Assembly (NCBI GenBank): GCA_038496445.1
Contig: JALMLS010000397.1
Span: 62,001-126,000, forward strand
From: Trichosphaerium sp. ATCC 40318
Lineage: Eukaryota > Protista > Tubulinea
DNA length: 64,000 nucleotides
Direction: 5' to 3'
The translations under genes and the position numbers were made by a program. The notes beneath the pieces are model-generated. The model had not been told where the DNA came from, did no database searches, and saw only the letters and a list, made by a program, of their open reading frames with translations. Shown piece by piece: positions 13,256 to 26,487 of this stretch (positions within the stretch are counted from its first letter, which is position 1; the number at the start of each line of letters is the position of its first letter).

Positions 13256-14584
13256 ATGAAAAAACGTCGAGGGAATAAAAAGAAGGCAAAAGTAGTGCGT
13301 AAAAACCAGGAGAACAAGAGCGGTGCTGGATTTCCGGTAATAGCTATTGTATTACTTGTAATCGCTATTGCTGCGGCAGGATGTACGAAACGATACATTC
13401 TTAGTTGATACTGACTATTTTAAAAGTTTTTCGTTTAAACAGCGTCATAAGCAAGGAATTTAATTCTTTTACGCCCGTAAAATGCGCCACGCGCGAAAAG
13501 CCTACGTTTCCAGGTAGATTACCCCTTGTAGGTCTTGATTCCATCTAAAACTTGACGCAAATAGGCTGTAGCGCAGTAAGAAACTGTGGTAGGATAGCGA
13601 AAGAAAATTTTATAACACCAAGCGAATCAGTAGCTTTGGTAAACATTGCGTCTGAAGTGTTGTCACATGGTGGTTAGTGCTTGTTAAGATTTTGTTCGTT
13701 GACATTTCGTTGCTGCCATATCCACTCATTTTCTCCCTTAGGTGGTAAAGGAGGCCCTTCTATATTCGCATTGAATACTGGAGCTCTAAGTTTTGGAGAG
13801 AAGGTAAAACTTTGAGTCTTCAGAGAAAGACATGATATTGCAATGTGTCAAAATGACAGCTGACATTTTTTTTGGTCGAAAACAGTTTGTTAATTTCTTC
13901 AAATACTCAAAGTCAAAGCGTAAGAATATAATGTTAGAAGTGCATTTATACTTACGTACATCTTCTAAAGGCATAAAGTCTCCTTTTAACAAAGAAAGCA
14001 TTGACCTACTTGAGAATATTATCGAAAGGATTAAAAAAGAAGTAAAAGAAAGTTTCTCACTTACTGGTTCACTTTATCTAACAGATCCATTATTCTTCGC
14101 GAGAATAGATGGTGGTAAGAAAAGTATAACCAAAAACGATGAATACTGGCATCAACATGTACAACACCTTACTCAAACATTAAAAAACAAATCATTAAAA
14201 TCCTTATCTAATAAAAAAATTTAGATAGATACCTTACAGTATGGAACGTTCGAATACACTACTCTGGTGTACCTGAGGTAAGAATTTTTCTATTTTACAA
14301 ATAGACACGCTTGTTGTCGCTAAAAAGTAGTAAACTAATCGTTGAACAATAGCTCACATGGTACAAATTTTACAGGTGGGGAATTTGAATTTTTCGAAAA
14401 CGGAAAGCGAACACATGTTGTTCGTCCTCGTCTTGGATTGCTTAATATGTTCACATCTGGTGAAGAAAATGTACATCGTGTAACTCAAGTAGAAAGCGGT
14501 ACTCGACTAGCACTTACAGTCGCATTCACATGTGATAAATCAAATGCTGTCGAATTTATGAAACAAGCAAAAAGCCAACTCTAA
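13256..14584 (+). CDS. OGFOD3: 2OG-Fe(II) oxygenase domain-containing protein 3-like (type II membrane)
   Basis: N-terminal TM segment; LYLTDPLFFARI, DEYWHQHIDTLQYGTFEYTTLVYL, FTGGEFEF, FTSGEENVHRV..GTRLALTVAFTC. Confidence 0.88.
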
Positions 14585-15103
14585 AAACTAACAATAAAAA
14601 TCTGTACAATCAAAAAGCACTTTTACAACAACACGTGCAACACAAATACTCGCCTCAGAGTTATTGTATTTGAACGTCTTAGTGTTGTTCAATGTATGTT
14701 CGGTACACTCCTTCTACAAAAGCCTGTTTTAATCAGTCGCTCTAAAAATGACTCTTTTGACGATCAATGACGATAACTCAGGTCCGGGCAAACAGTTTTT
14801 GAATACACGATTTTTCGGACAAATTGATAAGCCTCGTCCGTTGCGTTGACATAATAAAACATGGGTAACACTAGCGCAGTAAGTGGTAACGTTTAGTTTA
14901 AAAGTGCCCGTCGTTTTCAACGGATAGTGATAACCAAAAGTAAAAAGAATACACTTACAGACGTTCATAATGATGTTCTTTTTCAACTCCTGCCTTAAAT
15001 AAATAAACAAATTCTGTTTTTGTCATACATTGAGCAACTACTCCCAAAAGTAGTTTAATATTAAAAAACGAGCACAGCAATAGCGTACAATCCATGAGGG
15101 AAA

Positions 15104-15730
15104 ATGCAATTCTGTCTTTTAGCCTCTATCCTATGGATAACGTTCTTAACGTTCTCAAGCGCCTGCACATGGTACTATAACTCCTATACATCACAAATAA
15201 CACCTATCAGCCAATCACGGACCAAATTGCTAACAGAGACTACATTTTGCGCAGACACGCTAAATTATCCTGCTTGCGTCACCAATATAACACAAGCGGA
15301 CTCAATTGCACAATCAAGATATGCTGCGATTGCACAATTGCTACGCTCAGATGATTGCAGGTTCGTGTGTTACACACTCAAGTAATAACTATGGTATCGT
15401 AACAGAGCATCTAGGAACGCTGCAAAGAACTTTTTTTGTGCAGACGCCTTTCCGCGTTGTAAAGTAAATATAACAGAAGAACCCTACGGAATGTGTTGGT
15501 CAGTATGTGAGAACTTCTATGGCGTATGTGGTGGCACTTCAGATCTGTGTGTTGACATTTCCACGTCTTACCCTCTAGTACCCGGTACAGAGGGTCCTAG
15601 CGAGTTATGTACAGGTAGTGCGAGCGTTCATGGCCCTAGTTTTGCGCTAGCACTACTTGTTGGCGTGTTTCAATTTTCTTATTTAACTCGGCGTACAAAG
15701 CGCAACTATTACTCTTGTACATATCTTTAG
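15104..15730 (+). CDS. Secreted or GPI-type protein with a Frizzled-CRD-like cysteine-rich domain
   Basis: Signal peptide; CRNAAKNFFCADAFPRC...CWSVCENFYGVC pattern; hydrophobic C-terminus; intron 15361-15414. Confidence 0.7.
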
Positions 15731-16717
15731 CCATACGTATGTATTGTAGGCTTGTAAATTAAAACAGTTTTTAAAGACAGATTAGTGCACACGTGATTTT
15801 TTTTACATTCCCAAAACCATTTACGCCAACCTCACAATCGAGTACATGTGAGGATGTATCTGTTCCCAACAAATTATTTTTGTACTGGTAACGACGTTGA
15901 TTGATTTGTGTTCATTGTTCTACTCTATTGAGTACAAATTCTAGCCTAACGCCGACAATGGGTATTGTATAAGCCTCGTAGAACAATAAGACCGTAATAC
16001 TTTGGCAACCAACCCAAAGAAAGAACAAACCTGTCAAATAGTTAAGAAATAGAGCCCATGTGCTACTGGCAGTGATTGTGTTTTGATTCAGCAGCGCTAC
16101 ACAGGGTAGACAATGGAGTTCAACTATTATTCAAGGCCACAATCTGTAGAATAATTTGTAGCCAACCTTGCGCCACTATCAAACGATCCATGATACTCAT
16201 GAAATAGCACGGGTTATTCACTATCTTGGAATGCAAAGTTAAATGTTATCTGAGTTCTATTCATTACTATTTGTTTCCACCAAAAGCTGCCTTTTATTAG
16301 CGCATGTTATGTGTGCCCGTATCTGGAGCTCGTAAACAATCACTGACGTTTACACCTGTATACTTTCAACCACTGATTTTTTTAACTGTTGCCAAAGAAA
16401 TATGCTCTATCCAACGTTTTAATGTCCTTACAACATTCGTTAGGTTTATTGTATCAACATTCTATACAATACGATATGCAAACTCTGGAGGTAATTGAAT
16501 AGTCAGTGCAATACATTGTTTTTGAAATTAAAGTATGCAGTTTGGGCTTGTAGTTAGCAAATATGCAGCTCCCAAAAGTTTCTTGCAGTTTGCGATAAAC
16601 TGGTCGCTCAAACCATTTAGCTTTCCTTTTTATTTGTTAGTGTAAATACGTGTTTTACTTAGTTGCTTTAATCAACCCTTTCACGTGACTTTTATTGTTC
16701 AATAGTCTCTGAGAGAA

Positions 16718-17830
16718 ATGCCTGTTGAAAATTCAACATCTTTCTACCTCAACGACATTGTCATGGCAACTGATCCAAGCGAGTGATAACTCTATTTCAG
16801 AAAATAGCTAACATTTAGTAGAGTTCATTAGCTTCTCAGAAGTAAGTGTATGCGCTACGTTGAAGAGTTTATTGGAAGGTGCGTATTGGTTGTTAAGAGT
16901 GTTGCTTTAACTCATTTTGTAGAGTACAGCTTTGAACGTTTACCATTCGAAAAACTACAAAATGCTGACGACGCAAAATCCCGAACTGTGCGGTTTATGG
17001 TCGACAATCGAAGCTTCTCAGGTAAGCGCATCATCCCAGGCACAGAGAAATTCATGGGACCAGCGCTTGTAGTGTACGGACGGGAACTCAATCAGCGTTT
17101 GTATGACATACGTAGGTACAATGATGCTGTGTTCTCGTGGAACGACTTTATTAATGTACAGGTGATTGGTTGTTCGATAAAGGTGAGTTATTTATTGTTC
17201 CTCCAACGCAATTTTTTGAACAGTCTCTTAGAAATACGACAATGAGTCGACTGGCAAGCTTGGACTGGGTATTAATGTGATGTATAACTTGACAGAAATG
17301 CCGTCAATACTAACAGGCTCATTGTTCGCCATCTCTGATCCTTGCGGATATGCATTTTCCCAGAGCTTTGGCCAAGCCTTCGTTATAGAAGGTACGTCGT
17401 ACATGAATATTTACGGAATGTAGTAATGTACAATAGGTGGTAAAGGTATAGAAGGTATCCCGGAGGATAAGAAACTACATTCCAGAGTATTCGATATTTA
17501 TCCAGACCAGTTTACACCGTTTAACGTGTTTGGTTGTAATCCTGGGACTTGTTTTCCTGGAACAATATTTAAGTTACCCTTGCGAACAAAGGAGATCTGC
17601 AATAACTCCAAAATCTGTAACAAGTTGTACACACCAAACGGCGTTTACCACGGCCTCCTCAAGAGCTTTAAAAATGATTTTGGGAGCCTGTCGTCCTTGA
17701 GACACGTTGAGGACATTGAACTATGGGTACCTCCTCGTGCAAAACGACCAACCCCTAACGCAAGCTCTAGATTTGGGAGAAATATGCTACAGCGCCAAAG
17801 CTTATGTCATCAGTCGCTGTTGAACGCTAA
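16718..17830 (+). pseudogene. Sacsin-like N-terminal GHKL (Hsp90-like) domain gene, truncated or possibly pseudogenised
   Basis: EKLQNADDA, GPALVVYNDAVF, TGKLGLGINVMYNLTE, YPDQFTPF, GTIFKLPLRT; TAA at 17828 after one domain, with degenerate sequence downstream. Confidence 0.7.
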
Positions 17831-18237
17831 TCACGTGGAGAGAGATTCAAGAGGATAATTCTCAACAAAAAGCACAAGTTGTTAGAATAGAGTCTAATTA
17901 GCTAATGACGTATGTTGTATTACCAGTTGCTGTCAGTCTTCAATGTCGTAGCTACATAATCTAGAGAATGGTGTTCAATTTATTATAAGTTCGATCATGT
18001 ATCGTTACGACACTGTATTGAGGCTCACAAAAAGGTGCTGTTCGGTTACACTCGTAGCATTTTTTTTGAAAATAGTGATTCAGTTTGTACTTACGATTGC
18101 TGTACAAGTGAACTCCATCCAATGATATCAGTTGTACCGGTAATGTCATAGCAAGGCAGGTCAATGCTAAATTGTGGCGAGCTGCCGTTTTTGTTAAGTT
18201 TGGGATTGATAAGTGATTCAATCACAAAAACAATCAA

Positions 18238-19588
18238 ATGGCAGAAGAAAACAATAGCTCAGAGACAGAGACAAAGTTTGTTTGTGGTGACTATCGTTTC
18301 TCACTCTCTGAGAGAGTAATGAAACAGTTTCCAAAGGCGATATTCGTTGTAAAGATAAATTTCGATGGTAAAAGCGATAAAGAAGTGGTTCTAGAAGAAA
18401 ACAAGTACAATATATTAATCAGAGCATAAAAACCTTATAAACTGCGCAGGTTCTCGCCGTTTCTGCCACACATAGTTAGTTTTATGAACACAGGGGAAAA
18501 AGCACAGATTAAAGACCCATGTGGCTTGTTAGTCGCCTCAAATTACTATAACGTCAAGATGACATTCGAAGACATGAAGTTGAGCTACAGTACGTACTTA
18601 GGAAGCTTAATTTCTGAAATGCTGACTGCGAAACAGAAGATCAGTTGAAATATGAAAGCGCTCAATACGCACTTGAGAAAATACGTGACGTTTGGAGTCA
18701 CGTTGTACTGAAAATTAACAAAGCCGTATGAACATCATAGAAACATAAGTTATGCAATCTGATGTTATTTAAGGCTGAGGCAGGAGAGTCAAGAGTAGAA
18801 ATTAAATTTGCAGATAATCCGGACAAAGAAAGTAAATTTGTAGAAATTGACAGGTACAATATTGCACTGCAATCAATATCTGGTTGATGTTAGTTGTGTA
18901 GAAAAGAGTACAAATTTCTTACCACAGAGCTTGGATTGTTCGCTTTAAATGAATTCTGTGCCAACTGTGACTTGGTATGAGTAGCTACATGTGACAAATT
19001 ATGCTGAACAGTAAATAGAAGACAAAGCCATCGGACTCTAGTAGTAGTTTGTATGTGTCATGGTATCACTTTGACTCTGATGAAGATACACTCAAAAGGG
19101 CTATACAAGGAGATATAGCAAACTCTCTATTGGGTACTACCTTGCTACCAATTCTCCTGTAAGAAATTGTGCTAGGATACACTGCTTGGATACGAACTGT
19201 ACAAGCGTTGTGGAATACAATTTTTCCTATGGTAAAAGATGAAGTATCTGCAATTCTCAAGCAAAAAGCTAGAGAATTCAAGAAATATGCTATTGTATCC
19301 GTTTCATATTACAACAGTGACCACAAATTTAAGCATCCATCCTTCAAGGATATATTTGATGGCAAATACACATATGTTACTTTGTTGTTTTCAATGTGGA
19401 TTCAATCTGAGTTTGGTCTTGTAAGTAACGTACATGCATGTGTTGTGGAAGCTAACAAAATTGTTTAGCAAGTTGAAGCTAAACTACACGATATCAACTA
19501 TTACATGAAAGAGCCATATTTTATTATTGAAATGGACCTATGTACAACGGATGAAGTAAGCATGTTGGCACCTTTGTATAGGGCGTAA
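18238..19588 (+). CDS. BTB/POZ (KCTD-type) domain protein, tandem copy 1
   Basis: KFVCGDYRFSLSERVMKQFPKAIF...FLPHIVSFMNTG...LLVASNYYNV BTB-like pattern; exons splice in frame to TAA 19586. Confidence 0.72.
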
Positions 19589-19982
19589 AACCTGTAGTGA
19601 AACTCTGGTGTACTCTTTTTTATTCAAGTGACCATGCCATGGTATTCGTTTTATAATCTTGGTACTAAACAGTTAGGTAACTACTCCTTCGCTGTTAGAA
19701 AGTAATGTTGAGCTTACATGAAGCTTAAAAATGTACTTAATGATCACAATACATTTAGATGTTTTATATCAATGACCCTTCAACAGTCAACCTTGTTTTA
19801 TTACGAGTTCATTTAAGACAATTCATGCCAACAACCAGTAAAGCTTACAACACAGTTACATAGTTCAATAATAAACAGCAAACACGAGGGACGACAGTAC
19901 AATAACCAACTATGCTGGCTTTTGTACGCAGTTTTGGTTAAGTTTGGGATTGATAAGTGATTCAATCGCAAAAAACAATCAA

Positions 19983-21394
19983 ATGGCAGAAGAAAACAAT
20001 AGCTCAGAGACAGAGACAAAGTTTGTTTGTGGTGACTATCGTTTCTCACTCTCTGAGAGAGTAATGAAACAGTTTCCAAAGGCGATATTCGTTGTAAAGA
20101 TAAATTTTGATGGTAAAAGCGATAAAGAAGTGATTCTAGAGGAGAATCAGTACAATACATGAAAAATTTCAATCAATTAATGCGTTACAACTAGATTCTC
20201 TTCGTTTCTGCCTGAAATTGTAGGGTTTATGAATACAGGTAAAACATCGAAAACTACTGACGCCTGTGGCTTGTTTGTTGCCTCAAACTACTATAACGTC
20301 GATATTAACTTTGAAAATATGCACTTGAGCTATGGTACGTGCTGTTAGTTTTAATATGAATAATTGTTGTAACGCTTGAATCTAGATGAACGGATAAAAT
20401 ACTTGAGTGCTCAAAATGCATTAGAAAAGATTCGTGATATATGGAGCGAGCTTGTACTTAAAATTAACAAAGCTGTACTTATAATACTGCGAAGAACCGT
20501 TACAATTAACGAAAATAAAAGGCTGGTTCAGGGAGATCATTAGTGACGATAAACTTGGTGTCAAGACCCAAGGAAGGAATAGAAAATCTTGAAGTATGCG
20601 AGTACGATATTACTCTGTGTTGATCTTAATATCTAACCTGCATGTGCAACCAGAAAAGAGTACAAGTTTCTTGTAACTGCATTTGGACAATTGGTGTTTG
20701 GCGCATATTGTGCAGAACACGACCTGGTATTGTGACACTTCACGTGATCTTCTTTTTTTGTTAAAACACTTGCACAAATAGAAAATTTCAAGAAGTACCT
20801 CTTGGGTTAAGGTATCTTGGTATCACTTTGAGTCAGATTCAGATACACTCAAAAAGGTTATTCAAGGTCACGTGACAAACACCAAGTTTGGTACCAGAAC
20901 ACTTCTCTTAGTACCTACTTGGTTGAGTAATTTCTAGGTTACAATACTTGGGTTAAGACAGTGCAAGCTCTATGGACAACAGTGTTTCCATCGCAAAGGG
21001 ACGAAGTAGCAACTCTCCTTGAGCAAAAAGCGAAGGATGGTCAAGAATCTGTAACTATAGCAACTTTCAACCACAATATAAGCCGATACGACCGCATTAT
21101 GAAGTACAAATAACGCGATGGTTCCACAAAGTGCTTACATTATTGTATAGAAGTTGTGGAGTATTCCACAACGACTACAAATACGTGACTTCATTATTCT
21201 CGATGTGGCTACATTCAGAGTTCGGGATGGTATGTACCACAGTCTGCTATGCGCAATGTCAACCCACTTTAGGAAGTTGTGCACGGAGCGGTTAGCAACT
21301 TTACAGTTTTTACTATCAAGATGAAGCTTTGCACTGAGACGAAATAAGCGTACTTCTCCCGTTGTACCAAGCTCAAATACTAAGTAGCAAATAA
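19983..21394 (+). CDS. BTB/POZ domain protein, tandem copy 2 (1-nt frameshift in last exon)
   Basis: Paralog of 18238-19588 with mostly shared intron positions; frameshift near 21337 gives an early TAA at 21345. Confidence 0.7.
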
Positions 21395-21502
21395 GTACCC
21401 AATGGTAATGGAACGCGTAATGCATTCAACAATTACGTAAATAAAATTTATGACTTTGGTTGACATTTTAATGATTCAATTGGCAAAAATAAAACACTGG
21501 TG

Positions 21503-23560
21503 ATGTCTAAACCCACACGAAGAAAATTTGTGGGTAGAAAAGGAGCTGGTAAATCAAGTACGCTTTCCTCACCCCAGCCTCTACTCAACGCTACTTAGAA
21601 AGCACCAAACGCATTGTTGGTCGCGTCGGTGGTATACCAGACTCTATAAGAAAGGATCCTAAAATACTGGAAGCCGTAGCTCGGTTACCACGTAACTACA
21701 ATTTAGAGATTCCAAAGACGATATGGAACATCCAACAAGGTTCTAATTGTTTTCCTGCTTTATTTTTTCTTCAAACTTGCTTTTTTGCACTACCTGATGA
21801 CTCATTAAACTGACACGTCGTTGTAATTCCCCGTGATTAAGAAACGAGCGCTTTAACTCTGATTTTACTTTCAAAAAACCCAAAAGTCTTTTTATGTTAC
21901 TCGCATAGCGATATCTAACCTATGCTTCAGGCAACCATAAAACGGCATGGCAACCGATGCATCATGCACCAGTCGCTTAGTGTTAACTAGGTAGCGCTAC
22001 AGATGCCTGAGGGATTATTAATGTTCGCTACCACTATTACAGATATTCTACAAGAGTACGTTCGCTTTGTGGCACTCTACAACCTTTTCTGACTCCTTCG
22101 TAGATTTTGCAAATGCGAGACGATTATCATGGGTGATGTCACTTATGGCGCTTGTTGTGTCGATGACTACACCGCGAGAGCTTTAGGAGCTACTATGCTC
22201 GTTCACTACGGCCATAGTTGTCTTGGTACGCTATGACACCATTTTGATTTTTTTCTCCATTTTTTTTCCTTTCTTTGCCATCAAAATAAGCACCCATTTC
22301 GCTTGTTGGGACATGTAAAGTCTCAGAAAGTAACCCAGCGGCGCAAAAGCAATTACTCGTTAGTCTCTGGCCGGTTCGTCCGTGCCGTTTGGGGCATGTA
22401 CTCGAATGCCCTATTAACAACAGACAGCTTGTAACATCCTTCAAACACGAACAAATAGTGGTCTCTAACATTACTATAGTTCCTATTAGTACGACAACGA
22501 TAAAAACGCTCTACATCTTCGTCGACATCAAAATCGACTTGGATCATTTTATAGAGACTGTAAAGGTCAACTTTGATGCAGGCAGTGACTTGGTGCTCGT
22601 TGGCACGATCCAATTCGCTTCTTCAATTCAGGTACTTGAAACAAAATATTTTGTTTCTCTTTACTTACTTTCTTTCAGGCAGCGATGCGTGCACTCAAAG
22701 AGGAGTATCCGACTATTCGCGCCGCTCAAGAAAGACCGCTTTCTCGTGGTGAAATTTTGGGTTGTACATCACCAAAGATTGACTCTGGTGTTACAGCGTT
22801 AATGTACGTATTTGATCCTCAAAAACATGTACAAAAAAAACCCAACCAAATTCTCGGCTGTGATTAGAAATTTTTTCAGATGATCAGTGTTGACCACTCT
22901 ATCCTTGATGAGTCTACAAAAGAAACTTTATGAGCTTTTCTCTTCTTGTATTGTTCTCTATCGCTCACAAACGAAATAGTTACCTCGGTGATGGTCGATT
23001 TCACTTGGAGTCCATTATGATCTCCAACCCTGATTTAAAGGCTTATCGATATGATCCGTACAGTAAAGTGTTTAGCATAGAGGGCTATGACCATGCTAAG
23101 ATGAAAGCAATGCGATCCAAGGCCATAGAAGAAGCACGTAAAGCTAAAAAAGTTGGGCTAATTCTTGGCACCCTTGGACGTCAGGGTAACTTGGATTTAC
23201 TCAAGGTATGTGAACCTACTTCGACACGAACCAATAATGAACCATTTCTCACCGTTTTCTTAGAGACTCGAAAACACTTTGGCGAAAAATAACATCAAGC
23301 ACATTGTGCTTCTTCTCTCTGAGATATTTCCTTCAAAACTCGCTCTATTTGATGATGTCGATGCATGGATTCAAGTCGCTTGTCCTCGCCTCTCTATAGA
23401 CTGGGGCTACGCTTTCGCAAAGCCTTTGTTGAACAGTTACGAAGCGCAGGTTGCTTGGTCCGCTGAGACATGGAAGGAGGTTTACCCTATGGACTATTAC
23501 TCTAAAAAGGGAGGCTCTTGGACTAATTACTATAAAGAACCTTCGCCTGCGAAACAGTAG
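21503..23560 (+). CDS. DPH1: Diphthamide biosynthesis protein 1
   Basis: [86 protein letters not shown]. Confidence 0.97.
21794..21862 (+). ncRNA. Intronic C/D box snoRNA, snR47/U36-like (18S Am619-equivalent guide)
   Basis: CTGATGA (C), CTGA (D'), GTGATTA (C'), CTGA (D); guide ACGAGCGCTTTAACT is complementary to the 18S GUUAAA(..)GCUCGU segment and the D+5 base pairs with the first A. Confidence 0.75.
22857..22935 (+). ncRNA. Candidate intronic C/D box snoRNA (degenerate boxes)
   Basis: GTGATTA...ATGA...TTGATGA...ATGA inside an over-long DPH1 intron, with short terminal pairing. Confidence 0.45.
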
Positions 23561-24145
23561 CTGCGAGTCACTCGCGGAAAAAGAACCCTATGAGTTAACG
23601 GGTTAAGTGTAGTATTTTGACTTATAAATAAAATGTATTTTGAAAATCGCGTTTTGTTACAGCCATTGCAACTGGTGAGAAACCTACGCCTTATTGTAGA
23701 AGACATTCTGTACCCTCAAGTACTACTAGTTTAGTCGTTACCTTATGATGGCCCTTGTGTACGGCGTACTTAGTTTTTGACAGCTATTGTTCTATTTTGG
23801 AATGTACGCATACAAATTCTCCGGAGACCTTGTAAAGCGCCGGAGTCTGCTTTTTAATACTTAGTGAACGTGGCAAAACAATTTTTAAACGAAGGATGTC
23901 TTAGGAATCCTTTTTTGGCATTTGCCTTGCTACCTTTTTGATCATTTAGCTCTATCGTTATTCCGCACCGAGCTTCGTAGCTCTGTGAACTGTTTCCGTC
24001 AATTGCACCCAAATATACATCGTTTTATTTTCTTGACTAAAATACACCATAACTCCATACGTCGTATGGATTGCCTCTAAATTTATCAAACAAACAATAT
24101 AGAGCATCTAAACTACACGACACGTAGAATTAATAATCAAAAACA

Positions 24146-26230
24146 ATGGATATGCCTGCTGAGAAACGGGCGCAGCTCGCTGAGGCTAAGCTTCGCGTAA
24201 TGGAAGAGAAATCTTTCAAACTAGCTTCGTTAATTCGTGAGGAGAAACAGAGGTGGGAAATGGTACACCCATGGCTTATTAGATTAGTTTTTAACCATTC
24301 TACACAGGAAAATGTCGAGTTACAGAAAGAAAACGAAAGGTTGCGAAAAGAGCTTTCTAAGCAACCAAAAAATACCCGTAACCCATTCCAACAGTAAGTA
24401 GATGATTTACACGTTTTTTGCCGTGTTTGCTGATTCCGTTTACAGAACGTCAAGTAATGACATGGGAAGCGAATGGCAATTAAAATACAACGCATTACTA
24501 CGAGAACACGAGCAGGTGAAACGTTTGAACAAATTGAGTTTTCCAGATGTACGTCTAATTCATCTTTATTAATGCTCCATCGCGCAATACAATGACAAGG
24601 ATACAATAAAAACAATTTGTAGAGCCAAAAAAAAAAACTCTTTTAAAATCCTTTTGGTCCCAAACGTTGGTTGTCCTTCTGATGTGTTAATATAGCAAGA
24701 AATACAAGCATGCAAAGAGGCAGAGGCTAGAGCGACTCAAAAAGCGCGATATCTTGAGACAAAACTGGCGACGATCAAAGATCAAATACAAGCAGCTCGT
24801 AAACAATACGAGGAGCGTTTTTCAAAGTACCGCGATCGAATAGAACAATTAGAAACAAAAATATCTCAGGCACGTGTCTACAAATCATACAACAAAAAGA
24901 AATCATGTCTTCGCTGTTTCTTTCTTTTTTTTTTTTGTTTACTATGATCGGTACCTCCTTCTGCGTTATGGAGAAATTTGGTATAATTTTTTATACGCAT
25001 CTGCGAGTACAACAGAGTGTTTTTTATGATGTTAATGAACTAGTAGAAAAATGAAAAGCTGAGGAAAGCAAAAAGTACAATAGACCTGCTTATGGAGCGT
25101 ATAAAATTAGCCAAATCGCTTACAAGCAAACCAAGTAGTGTTACAGCAGATAGTTCTCCACCTGAATGTACGATTTATTTCAGTTTTATCCTTCTATGTT
25201 TCGAAGTGTTTTTTTTTTTTTTTGATTTCAATTTTGTGCTCCATTGTTGTTGGTTTCAAGGTAATCCACGTGGTTAATTTTTATTCTGAATTTTTATTGT
25301 TAAAAGTATTTCTTGAAAGTGCCAGGAATTTGTTGGAAACACAATTTGAGGTGACAGACCTGTTGAAATAAAAAGAATGAAATCAACAATTTATTAAATT
25401 TCTAATATTAACGCTCTGTTCAGTAGTTCCTGCTTCTAACAGAAGGGATAAACCGCGTAGTAAAACGCCTACGAGAGAACGCAGTGCTTCTCAGCCATAC
25501 TCAAATAACATCAATGAACATAGAGGGAGTCGTTCAGCGGAACCTATGCCATTATCTGCTCCTGTACAAAGAATGAAGAAAGTAAGATCAAATGAGAACG
25601 TACCTTCAAACAAGTCCAAAAAACGCTCTACAAGTTCACGTATCAACAAGAAGTCAAGACCTAAATCAGCTCATTTATCTCATGCTATATCACCGGGAAA
25701 TAGACGTACGTATAAAGGCAATTGAGCGCTATGAAGTCAACAAACATATCTTTGTGTCTTAGCCATTTTCTCATGATAACGAAGAGATGTTTCAACGTCT
25801 ATTTGATTATCTTTGTTTGCATTTACTATTTGCCAAAAAATTTTAATGGACTTGAATTGATTTTTGTTCTTTTTGAAATGGTTTTAAAGTTAATTCACGT
25901 GATGTTAACCTTATTCGTGTAGAATCATTCAAAGTGCATGATAAACATACCAGACTATCTCCAGGAGCTATAAAACTTAGAAGACCGAAATCAGGCTATA
26001 TCCCTCCTGTTAGTGGAAGTGTTAGGTTTGAACCAGTTACAAAAAAACATGGCAAGTATTCTGAAAACGTAATGGATGAACTTATTGATGATTATGATGA
26101 CGATCAAGAACATCCTGCTAGATTATTATCTCTGAGTAAACAAGAAATGTTTAGTGATTGGGATGGTTTAAATGATCTTATAGATGATGTCCTTACAAAG
26201 CCTAAAAAACCTCATCAAAGAAAAAAATGA
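24146..26230 (+). CDS. Coiled-coil protein of unknown function
   Basis: Exons rich in E/K/L heptads, then an S/R/P-rich region; splices in frame including a GC-AG intron at 24870; TGA 26228. Confidence 0.65.
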
Positions 26231-26487
26231 AAATCCACGTGAGCACTTCCACCAAAAAAAAATGCCAACAAACTTAAGTGTACTGTAACATACTTTTAAA
26301 AACTTTTGTATATTCCTATCTCTACAGATATATCTTCTATACAAATGTTTTTCTTTGCAAAAACGCACAAAAATCCCTCACGTGATTTTTCACGTGAAAT
26401 GTAAAAACAACAATAAAAAAGTTTTCAATCCAAAAATCTGACAGTTTTGTCCCGATTTTTATTATGATTCATTGTTTTACAACACAG

